From: an uncultured Gemmatimonadales bacterium
GTDB taxonomy: Bacteria > Gemmatimonadota > Gemmatimonadetes > Longimicrobiales > RSA9
Assembly: GCA_963741945.1 (NCBI GenBank)
Contig: CAVUKA010000001.1
Span: 928,001 to 992,000 of the forward strand
Reading direction: 5' to 3'
Length of the DNA stretch: 64,000 nt
How positions within the stretch are numbered: position 1 is the first letter of the stretch; each line of letters begins with the position of its first letter. Of the stretch, positions 1 to 8,036 are shown piece by piece. Position numbers and translations under genes: made by a program. The notes beneath the pieces were generated by a model, which was not told the DNA's origin, did not search any database, and worked only from the letters and a program-made list of their open reading frames with translations.

Positions 1-3000
1 CTCGAAGCCTTGCGCCGTGTCCGCGCCGTGACCCTGGCGGTCTACGGTGATGAGGCAGTGCCGCTCGAAGCCATGGTGGAGGCCAGTGGGGTCGAGCGCG
101 ACGGCAGCGCCAATCCTCTGATCCAGGTGGCATTCGCGCTGGCAGCGGACGGTCGACGAGCGCCCCGGCTGCACGGTCTCGAGGTGGAGGACCTGGAGCT
201 GCAGACGGCTACCGCGAAGTTCGACCTGTACCTCGCGGCCAATCCCAATGCCGATGGTCTTGCGCTGCGTCTCGAGTACGATGCGGACCTCTTCCAGGGC
301 CGCACCGCCGCGCACCTCCTCGAGCTCTTCAAAACGCTGGTGTCCGCGGCTGTCGCGGATCCCGAACGCCCCTTGGCGGATATCGACCTCTCCGACGACG
401 AGGAGCGCCAATGGGCCGTCGACTGGAACCGGACCGAGCGGCCGTTCCCCGGCGACACGGTGCACGAGCTGTTCACCACGGTGGCCGCACGTACACCCGA
501 CGCTGTGGCCGTGGAGGACCCACACGAGCGACTTACATACGCAGACCTGGATGGCCGAAGCGCAGCGCTGGCCGGGCAGCTGGTGTCGCTGGGGGTGGAG
601 GCGGGCGAGCGGGTCGGCGTGTTCATGGAACCGGGCGCGCCGCTGGTGGTTTCCATGCTGGGCATTCTTCGGGCGGGCGCCTGCTACGTTCCGCTCGACC
701 CCGCACTCCCTGGCCAGAGACTGGCGCTCCTGATCGAGGACGCGGGCATCCGGCACGTAGTGGCGTCCGGCCGGGTTCCCCCCGGCCTCCGGGCGACGGG
801 CGTCGAGATCGTGGAGGCCCGCGACGGTCGCGACCAGCGCCTCCGCGACGTGGCCCGGCCCGCTTCTGTCGCCGCAACCGCGAATGACCTCGCCTACGTC
901 CTCTACACCTCCGGCAGCACGGGCCGGCCCAAGGGCGTGGCCGTACCGCATCGGGCAATCGTCCGATTGGTTCGGAACTCCGACTATGTCGACCTCCGGA
1001 CCGATGACGTGGTGGCGCAGGTCTCCACCCCCAGCTTCGATGCCGCCACATTCGAGATCTGGGGAGCGCTGCTGAACGGCGCCCGGCTGACCATCCCGGA
1101 CAGCCGCCTGCTCTCGCCCCGGGAGCTCGAGGGGTTCCTTCGCGACCGAGGAGTGACAACGCTGTTTCTGACCACGGCGCTCTTCAACCAGGTGAGCCGG
1201 GAGCGCCCCGCTGCATTCGGATCTCTGCGCCAGCTCCTCTTCGGTGGGGAGACCGCCGACGCGGAGGCCGCCCGGCGCGTCCTGGATGGCGGCGCCCCGC
1301 CGAAGCGCCTGCTGCACGTCTACGGGCCTACCGAAAACACGACATTTTCAACTTGGTACGCCGTCCAGCACGTACCGCCCGGTGCCGCCACACTGCCGAT
1401 CGGGCGCCCGATCGCCAATTCCACCGCGTGGGTCATGGACGCGCGAGGAAAGCTGCAGCCACGGGGACTCTGGGGCGACCTGTACGTGGGCGGCGTGGGC
1501 GTGGCCGCCGGCTATCTCGGGGCGGCCGCGGCTGAGGCCGACCGTTTCGTTCCGGACCCGTTCGCAAATGCGCCCGACCGCCGGCTTTACCGGACCGGAG
1601 ACCGCGCGCGCTGGAACCTGGATGGCGAACTCGAGTTTGGCGGTCGACTCGACACCCAGGTGAAGCTCCGCGGGTTCCGCATCGAGCTGGCCGAGGTCGA
1701 GGCCGCCCTTCGCCGCTCCGCGGGTGTGCGGGATGCCGTCGTCGCGCTCCGGGGCGAGGGGGCAGGGCGCCACCTCGTCGCCTATGTCGTGACCGGTGAG
1801 GACGCCGTGGACCGCTCGACGCTGCAGGACCAGCTCCGCGAGCAGATTCCGGCCTACATGGTTCCGACGGCCGTGGTCGCCCTCGATGCGCTCCCCCTCA
1901 CGCCCAGCGGGAAAGTCGATCGGCAGGCGCTCCCGGAGCCGGACCCGGTCAGGGTCGGCGGAGCTCGTCCACCTGGAGATCCTCTCGAGCGCCAGATCGC
2001 CGCCATATGGGCGTCTCTCCTCGGTGTCGAGGCCGTGAGCGCTCGGGACAGCTTCTTCGACCTGGGGGGGAATTCGCTCCTCGCCCTGGAGATGGTTCGC
2101 CGCGTGGAGAGTACCACTGGCCGGCGCCTCGAGCTTCGGGCGCTATTCGAGGAGCCCACTGTGGCTCATCTCGCCCGCGTGGTCGCCCGCGAGGCGACCT
2201 CCACCACCTCCTCCGTCGTCCAGGTGCGAGAAGGGGATCCTGGCGTCCCCCCCTTCATCTTCTTTCATGGTGACTTCAACGGTGCGGGGCTTTACACTCG
2301 CAGATTGTTGGCCGAGATCGATGAGAGTCAGCCGGTCTATATCGTCCACCCACACCAACCGGGCGGGCCGGAGACGATCGAAGCCATGGCCCAGGACCTC
2401 TACCCCGCCGTGCGCCGTGTACGCCAACATGGCCCCTTCCGCCTGGGCGGCCACTGCAACGGGGGCGTCGTGGCGTTCGAAATGGCCCAGCGACTCGTCG
2501 CGGCAGGCGAGACCGTGGACCTGCTGGTCCTGGTGGACGTGCCAGGTCGCAACATCGGCCTGGCGCGCTACGCCGCCTTCCTCGACCAGGTCGGTCATGC
2601 GGCCCGCCTCACCTCCGAACGCCGCCGCGCCCTCTTCCGGGCGACGCGTGGATCGGCTCAGCGGCTGGTGCATGGCTGGATGAGCGCGGGAGAAGGGGGA
2701 GGTTCGTATCTCGCCGCCCCGCGGCGAACTGTCTTTCTCAGCTCCTGGCTGGTCGGTGAAGCCCGCCGTGTCGCGACCCGTCTCTTCCACGCGGTCCGCC
2801 GATGGACGGGCGGCGCAGACGCGTCCCGGCCTCGCCACCCGTACGTGGAGCGACTCGAACGAGCAGCCTACTTCGGTTTGGCCATGGAAGCCTACGTCCC
2901 CAAGCGCTTTGCTGGCCCGGTCGTCATCGTTGCGCCCGAGCAGGAGAGTACGGACTCCGTGTCCGTTTCCGCACCGGCTCGGCTCTGGGCCCGGGTTGCC

Positions 3001-3138
3001 GATCACGCCGAGGTGTTCCGGATCGACGGCGATCACCTGAGTGTGATCGCGGAGGACAGTCAGCCCTTCGGTCGTCTTCTCGCCCGTCTGCTGCGCCAGG
3101 CAGGGCGCCCGCTCCGGGGCGCCAACCCTCGTGAGTGA
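1..3138 (+). CDS. Non-ribosomal peptide synthetase, terminal module (end of C domain - A - PCP - thioesterase); 5'-truncated by the window edge
   Basis: Frame is open from base 1. C-domain tail (TAKFDL..LEYDADLF), A-domain cores YTSGSTGRPKG, YGPTE, YRTGD, QVKLRGFRIEL, LPLTPSGKVDR; PCP FFDLGGNSL; TE GHCNG...DGDH. Confidence 0.95.
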   Translation, partial: LEALRRVRAVTLAVYGDEAVPLEAMVEASGVERDGSANPLIQVAFALAADGRRAPRLHGLEVEDLELQTATAKFDLYLAANPNADGLALRLEYDADLFQGRTAAHLLELFKTLVSAAVADPERPLADIDLSDDEERQWAVDWNRTERPFPGDTVHELFTTVAARTPDAVAVEDPHERLTYADLDGRSAALAGQLVSLGVEAGERVGVFMEPGAPLVVSMLGILRAGACYVPLDPALPGQRLALLIEDAGIRHVVASGRVPPGLRATGVEIVEARDGRDQRLRDVARPASVAATANDLAYVLYTSGSTGRPKGVAVPHRAIVRLVRNSDYVDLRTDDVVAQVSTPSFDAATFEIWGALLNGARLTIPDSRLLSPRELEGFLRDRGVTTLFLTTALFNQVSRERPAAFGSLRQLLFGGETADAEAARRVLDGGAPPKRLLHVYGPTENTTFSTWYAVQHVPPGAATLPIGRPIANSTAWVMDARGKLQPRGLWGDLYVGGVGVAAGYLGAAAAEADRFVPDPFANAPDRRLYRTGDRARWNLDGELEFGGRLDTQVKLRGFRIELAEVEAALRRSAGVRDAVVALRGEGAGRHLVAYVVTGEDAVDRSTLQDQLREQIPAYMVPTAVVALDALPLTPSGKVDRQALPEPDPVRVGGARPPGDPLERQIAAIWASLLGVEAVSARDSFFDLGGNSLLALEMVRRVESTTGRRLELRALFEEPTVAHLARVVAREATSTTSSVVQVREGDPGVPPFIFFHGDFNGAGLYTRRLLAEIDESQPVYIVHPHQPGGPETIEAMAQDLYPAVRRVRQHGPFRLGGHCNGGVVAFEMAQRLVAAGETVDLLVLVDVPGRNIGLARYAAFLDQVGHAARLTSERRRALFRATRGSAQRLVHGWMSAGEGGGSYLAAPRRTVFLSSWLVGEARRVATRLFHAVRRWTGGADASRPRHPYVERLERAAYFGLAMEAYVPKRFAGPVVIVAPEQESTDSVSVSAPARLWARVADHAEVFRIDGDHLSVIAEDSQPFGRLLARLLRQAGRPLRGANPRE

Positions 3139-3880
3139 GATCGCGCGTTCTGGTGAGCCGCCCCCGCTACAACCCGACGAGGTTCATGTCTGGCGCGCTG
3201 TTCTCGGGCTCGATCCAGCGGTCGAGCCAATGCTGGACCGTTTCCTTTCACATGCCGAGCACAGGCGCGCGACGCTGTTCCACCGGACAGCCGATGCCCG
3301 GCTCTTCCGCTTCGCGCATGGTTTCCTGCGACTGATTCTCGCCCGCTACACCGGCACCCTCGATCCAGGCGCGATCTCGCTGGCGAACGATGCTCGGGGA
3401 AAGCCGCGGCTTGCCCGCGCCAGCGGCTGCCGTCCTGTCGAATTCAATCTCTCGCATTCCGGGGATGCGGTCCTTGTCGCTTTGACCCGAACTCGGCACG
3501 TCGGTGTCGACGTCGAGACCCTGGATCGCGCGCCCGATGCCGAGGCCATCGCCCGTCGCTTCTTCGCTGCGCCGGAGCTGGCCCGCATTCTCGCCAGCCC
3601 GCCGGCGCAGCGTGCCGGGTTATTCCTGCGACACTGGGTCATGAAGGAAGCGTTCGTGAAAGGGTTGGGGCTCGGTCTCGGCGCCATCGACCTCAAGGCG
3701 TTCGCCATGGACCCCGACGCCACGAATGGACGCATCCATCCGCTCACGCGCGAGATGCACCGGCACTCGAAGACCTGGGCAGTGGCCGAGGTCGCGGCCC
3801 CTGAGGGCCACGTCGCCGCCGTTGCCGTCAACACCCCCGTGCTCCGCTGGAAGGGCTTCGCCTGGCAAGGCCCGATCTGA
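3131..3880 (+). CDS. Sfp-type 4'-phosphopantetheinyl transferase
   Basis: Motifs GKP, FNLSHS, VGVDVE, WVMKEAFVKG; overlaps the NRPS stop. Confidence 0.93.
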   Translation: MSEIARSGEPPPLQPDEVHVWRAVLGLDPAVEPMLDRFLSHAEHRRATLFHRTADARLFRFAHGFLRLILARYTGTLDPGAISLANDARGKPRLARASGCRPVEFNLSHSGDAVLVALTRTRHVGVDVETLDRAPDAEAIARRFFAAPELARILASPPAQRAGLFLRHWVMKEAFVKGLGLGLGAIDLKAFAMDPDATNGRIHPLTREMHRHSKTWAVAEVAAPEGHVAAVAVNTPVLRWKGFAWQGPI

Positions 3881-3917
3881 TCTGCCTTGCAACTTCGATC
3901 GCTTCGCCTCTTCGAGC

Positions 3918-3977
3918 CCTTCGTGTCACGCTGTTCGGGGAGCTGTTCCTTCGTGTCACGCTGTTCGCCGAGCCGTA
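3918..3977. repeat. Imperfect 30-bp tandem direct repeat, 2 copies
   Basis: CCTTCGTGTCACGCTGTTCG identical at 3918-3937 and 3948-3967, followed by gggAGCtGT vs ccgAGCcGT; each copy contains the palindrome CGTG-T-CACG. Confidence 0.85.
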
Positions 3978-4115
3978 CGGGACCGCGCGGACGTTCGTCG
4001 CCCGCGCGGGGCGTTCCCCCACGTCGCTGCGGGTGATTTTCCTCCTTGACATGATGTTCCCTACAAATGAACCTCCAGTCGGGAAGCCCCTGCTGACCTC
4101 TGTCGTTGGAGGTTC

Positions 4116-5750
4116 GTGAGTTTCAAGAATCTGGGCACGCGGATCGCCCTGACCGCGGGTTTTTTCACGCTCGTCAGCGTGGGGCTCCTTTCGTTCATCC
4201 TGGTCCAGCGTCAGCGGGAGCAGGTGCGGGCGGAGGTCGTGCATGGCTCGGAGAGCCTGGCGGACGCCATCGCGCTGAGTGTGCACCGGGACATGCAGCT
4301 GAACCACCGCGGGGGCGTCCGCGAGATGCTCGAGACGGTAGGCCAGCACGAAGGCATCGCCGGCATTCGCCTGTACAACCGTGAAGGCCGCATCTCCTAC
4401 TCTTCCGACCCGGCCGAAGTCGGGCGGGTGGTGCCCCGGAGCTCCGAAGCCTGCGTGACGTGCCATGCCAACGGGCAGGCGACGGCAACCGTGGAGCCGG
4501 ACCGCCGCTGGCGCATCTTCACGGGGCAGGATGGGGAGCGCCTGCTCGGGACGATCCACGTGATCCGCAACGAGCCCGGGTGTCAGGGAGCCGGGTGCCA
4601 CGCGTCGCCGGCACAGCAGAGCGTGCTCGGAGTCCTGGATGTGGCCATGTCCATGGCGCCCGTGGAGCGCCGCCTGGCCTCCGACACCCGCGACGCGCTC
4701 CTGATCTCCCTCCTCGCCGTCGCGGTGATCACGCTCCTCCTCGTGCTCCTGGTGCGCCGGAGCGTGCGTCGCCCGATCCAGCGGATGGTGAGCGCCACGC
4801 GGCGGATGGTGGAGGAGACGGGGTCGCTCCCCGTGCCCCGCGGGACGGCACCGGAGATCGCGATCCTGGCCGAGTCCTTCAACGAGATGATCGAGAGCCT
4901 GGCGAGCTCGAAGCAGCGCCTCGAGGACTGGGCGGAAACGCTCGAGGAGCGCGTCTCCTCGAAAGCGCAGGAGCTCCGGGAAGCCCAGTTCGAGGTGCTC
5001 CAGGCGGAGAAGCTCTCCTCCGTCGGCCTGGTAGCGGCCGGGATCGCCCACGAGCTGAACAGCCCGCTCATGGCCATCATCACCTTCTCGCACCTGGTCA
5101 AGTCGGCCGTGCCCGATGACGAGGGCGCGCAGGAGGACCTCCGCATGATCGAGCGGGAGGCGAACCGCTGCGCGGCCATCATCCGGCAGCTCCTCGACTA
5201 CTCGCGTAAGCAGGCGGAAGACCCGGAGACCCACCCCCAATCCGTGGCCCCGGTGCTCGAGCGGGCGCTCGAGCTGGTGAAGGTGGAGCTTCAGAATGGC
5301 GGCTTCCGGGTGACGACCGAGCTGTCGCCCGACCTCCCCTCCGTCGAGGTGAACGATCAGCAGCTCATGCAGGTGTTCGTCAACCTCATCATGAACGCGC
5401 TCCACGCCATGGGCGACGACGGTGGCGAGATCCTGTTCCGGGGCGACACCGTGCGGCGCGACGATTTCCCGAACGTGGACTGGCCGCTCCACGGTGGCAC
5501 CGAAGCCGTCCGCATTCGCGTCCGGGACACCGGGCCCGGGATCGCGCGGGAGAAGTTCTCGAAGATCTTCGATCCGTTCTACACGACCAAGCCGGTGGGC
5601 CAGGGCTCCGGCCTCGGACTCGCCGTATCCCTCGGGATCGTACGCGGCTATCGGGGTACGATCATGGTGGACAGCGATGGCGAGTCGTGGACGGAGTTCA
5701 CGATCCTCTTGCCGACGGCGGAGAACCCTGCAATGGCCTTGACCTCATGA
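4116..5750 (+). CDS. Membrane sensor histidine kinase with periplasmic heme-c-type motifs (TM-sensor-TM-HAMP-HisKA-HATPase)
   Basis: Two TM helices flank a domain with CVTCH and CQGAGCH; H-box AHELNSP, N-box NLIMNA, DTGPG, FDPFYTTK, GSGLGL. Confidence 0.93.
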   Translation: MSFKNLGTRIALTAGFFTLVSVGLLSFILVQRQREQVRAEVVHGSESLADAIALSVHRDMQLNHRGGVREMLETVGQHEGIAGIRLYNREGRISYSSDPAEVGRVVPRSSEACVTCHANGQATATVEPDRRWRIFTGQDGERLLGTIHVIRNEPGCQGAGCHASPAQQSVLGVLDVAMSMAPVERRLASDTRDALLISLLAVAVITLLLVLLVRRSVRRPIQRMVSATRRMVEETGSLPVPRGTAPEIAILAESFNEMIESLASSKQRLEDWAETLEERVSSKAQELREAQFEVLQAEKLSSVGLVAAGIAHELNSPLMAIITFSHLVKSAVPDDEGAQEDLRMIEREANRCAAIIRQLLDYSRKQAEDPETHPQSVAPVLERALELVKVELQNGGFRVTTELSPDLPSVEVNDQQLMQVFVNLIMNALHAMGDDGGEILFRGDTVRRDDFPNVDWPLHGGTEAVRIRVRDTGPGIAREKFSKIFDPFYTTKPVGQGSGLGLAVSLGIVRGYRGTIMVDSDGESWTEFTILLPTAENPAMALTS

Positions 5751-7210
5751 CCGACGAAGTGAGCTGGACCGAGCCCCCGCACGTGCTCGCCGTGGATGAC
5801 GAGCAGGTGGTCTGCGAAAGCATCCGCCGCGTCCTCACCGGCGAAGGCTATGTGGTCAAGACCACCACCTCCCCGCGCGAGGGCCTCGACATGATCCGCA
5901 AGGAGACGTTCGACCTCCTGCTCCTCGACATCAAGATGCCCGAGATGGACGGGATCGAGCTCCTGCGCCGCGTCAAGGACCTGTCTCCAGAGACCGAAGC
6001 CATCGTCATTACCGGCTACGGCACCATCGAGACGGCCATCGAGGCCACCAAGCTCGGCGCCTTCGACTACCTCGAGAAGCCCGTCAGCCCCCCGGCTCTC
6101 ATCGTCACCACGGCCCGCGCACTCGAGCGCAAGCACCTCGTCGATCTCACCCGGCGTCTCCGCTCCGAGCTCGACACCCGCTATTCCGTGGGCAACGTGA
6201 TCTGCTCCTCCCCCGCCATGCGCAAGGTCATGGACCTCGTGGCCAAGGTCGCTCCCACCAACAGCACCGTGCTCATCACGGGAGAGACCGGCACCGGGAA
6301 GGAAGTCATCGCGCGCGCGCTCCATTACAACAGCCGTCGCAACGACGGGCCGTTCATCGTTGCCGACTGCGCCTCGCTCAGCGAGTCCCTCCTCGAGTCC
6401 GAGCTCTTCGGCCACGTCCGCGGCGCCTTCACGGGTGCCGCCAGGGACCGGAAGGGCCTCGCCGAGGCCGCGCGCGGCGGAACGCTCTTCCTCGACGAGA
6501 TCAGCACCATCTCCCCCAAGGTGCAGGGCAGCCTCCTCCGCCTCATTCAGGAGCACGAGATCCGACCCGTCGGCGCGGACAGGACCATCTCCGTCGACGT
6601 CCGCGTCATCGCCGCCACCAACCGCGACCTCCAGGAGCTCGTCGATGACGGCTCCTTTCGCGACGACCTCTTCTACCGCCTGAGCGTCTTCGCCATCCGC
6701 CTCCCGCCCCTGCGCGAGCGCAAGGAAGAGATTCCGCTCCTCGCCCACCACTTCGTCCAGCGCATCGGCGAAGAGGTCGGCAAGCAGATCGACGCCATCT
6801 CGCCCCAGGCCATGGCCCTCCTCGAAGCCCACGACTGGCCCGGCAACGTCCGCGAGCTCGAAAACGTCATCGAGCGCGCCGTCCTGCTCTCCGAAGGACG
6901 CACCATCCAGCCCCAGGCCGTTCCCCTCGCCGCCGAACACTCCGCGGCCCGCTGGGACGACGTGCCCGACGACGCCGCCACCCTCGCAGAACGGAAGAAG
7001 GAGATCCGCGCCCAGGCCGTCGAGGACCTCGAGAAGCTGTTCGTCCTCAAGGCCCTCCGCGGCGCCGACTGGAACGTCTCCGAAGCCGCCCGCCGCGCCG
7101 GCATGCAGCGCCCCAACCTGCACGCCCTCATGCGCAAGTACGACATCACCACCCCGTCCGGCGACACCGGGGAAGAAGACACGGAGCAAGAGGGCGCCGG
7201 GGCATCCTGA
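5747..7210 (+). CDS. Sigma54-dependent response regulator (REC-AAA+-Fis HTH, NtrC family)
   Basis: REC (VDDE, LLDIKMP), GETGTGKE, ESELFGHVRGAFTGA, FLDEI, WPGNVREL, C-terminal HTH; ATGA overlap with the kinase stop. Confidence 0.95.
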   Translation: MTDEVSWTEPPHVLAVDDEQVVCESIRRVLTGEGYVVKTTTSPREGLDMIRKETFDLLLLDIKMPEMDGIELLRRVKDLSPETEAIVITGYGTIETAIEATKLGAFDYLEKPVSPPALIVTTARALERKHLVDLTRRLRSELDTRYSVGNVICSSPAMRKVMDLVAKVAPTNSTVLITGETGTGKEVIARALHYNSRRNDGPFIVADCASLSESLLESELFGHVRGAFTGAARDRKGLAEAARGGTLFLDEISTISPKVQGSLLRLIQEHEIRPVGADRTISVDVRVIAATNRDLQELVDDGSFRDDLFYRLSVFAIRLPPLRERKEEIPLLAHHFVQRIGEEVGKQIDAISPQAMALLEAHDWPGNVRELENVIERAVLLSEGRTIQPQAVPLAAEHSAARWDDVPDDAATLAERKKEIRAQAVEDLEKLFVLKALRGADWNVSEAARRAGMQRPNLHALMRKYDITTPSGDTGEEDTEQEGAGAS

Positions 7211-7281
7211 CGCCTCTTCTCCACCCCCTCTTCGGACGGGGCGCCATGGCTCCATGGCGTCCTCCGATCCACCCCTCCTGA

Positions 7282-7306
7282 GGGTGTATATCCTTCGCAT
7301 ACACCC
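7282..7306. promoter_or_regulatory. Palindromic enhancer (UAS) candidate 1
   Basis: GGGTGTAT-N9-ATACACCC; same GTGTAT-N9-ATACAC core as the site at 7399. Confidence 0.7.
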
Positions 7307-7398
7307 ATCGTGACCCCACCAAGAAGCACCCTAAGTCAATAGGCCACAACGCATTATGGATACCCTGTCCCGATTCTCTCCCCTCCCCCGGCCGTGAG

Positions 7399-7419
7399 GT
7401 GTATACGGTCTGTATACAC
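7399..7419. promoter_or_regulatory. Palindromic enhancer (UAS) candidate 2
   Basis: GTGTATAC-GGTCT-GTATACAC, 115 bp from site 1 and about 100 bp upstream of a sigma54 promoter. Confidence 0.72.
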
Positions 7420-7515
7420 TCTCGCCCCTTCCAGGCCCCTCACCGCCCGATCGCACTACCCGCTAACGCTTTGTGCACCAACGTGTTATGGAAATCGTGA
7501 TAAAATTCCCATTTG

Positions 7516-7530
7516 CGGCACGACCGTTGC
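7516..7530 (+). promoter_or_regulatory. Sigma54 (-24/-12) promoter of the receiver-cytochrome operon
   Basis: CGGCACGACCGTTGC matches the consensus TGGCACG-N4-TTGC (GG-N10-GC); preceded by an AT-rich tract. Confidence 0.8.
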
Positions 7531-7602
7531 CCTCTACAAGGCCGAACGGGATCGGGTCCGGAGTGGACGGAGATGGGCTGCCCGAGGAAGGAGGGGCCGG
7601 AA

Positions 7603-8001
7603 GTGGGAGCACGGGAACAAGGATCCACGGTCTTGCTGTCGGATGCTGGCGGCTACGGCGCGCTGGCGGGCCGGCTGTCGGGCTCCGGGCACGCGGTGGT
7701 GTGGTACTCGAGCCTGGAGGAGCTGCTCCGGGAGCATCCATTGTCGACGATTGCGGTGCTGGTGGTGCACGGCAAGGCGGCGCCGAAAGGGGTGCTGCTG
7801 GCCACGCTGGGTCGGATGAACCTGGAGTACCCGCGCATGCAGAAGGTGGCGGTGATGGAAGGTCCGCTGCCGCTGCCGATCGCCGAGTACCTGACCGCGT
7901 GCGGAGTGGAGCTGGTGTGGTCGGAGTCGCGGGAGGAAGCGTTGACGCGGCTGACGACGGTTCTGGAGCGTGTTCACGAGCGTGCGGGCTGGCTCGCCTG
8001 A
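7603..8001 (+). CDS. Small hypothetical protein, probable degenerate receiver-like (flavodoxin-fold) domain
   Basis: AAGGAGG RBS before GTG 7603 (alternative ATG 7573). Alternating beta/alpha pattern TVLLSD / VVWY / VLVVH / VAVM / LVW; no canonical phospho-Asp or Lys. Confidence 0.7.
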   Translation: MGAREQGSTVLLSDAGGYGALAGRLSGSGHAVVWYSSLEELLREHPLSTIAVLVVHGKAAPKGVLLATLGRMNLEYPRMQKVAVMEGPLPLPIAEYLTACGVELVWSESREEALTRLTTVLERVHERAGWLA

Positions 8002-8036
8002 GGCGGCGGTCCGCGCTTGAACGAAGGAGGAGCGAG

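Noticed and set aside
3918-3977. Mini-CRISPR interpretation of the 30-bp repeat
   Set aside because: Only two units, the 10-bp intervening parts resemble each other, and no cas genes are present.
4046-4075. Sigma70 promoter at TTGACA (4046) for the kinase operon
   Set aside because: Perfect -35 but no acceptable -10 at 16-18 bp spacing.
7473-8036. Long N-terminal extensions in the ORF track (7473-8654, 20027, 33200, 49572, 56147, 55630)
   Set aside because: They overlap other genes or promoters; downstream starts with RBS or stop-start coupling fit the domain boundaries.
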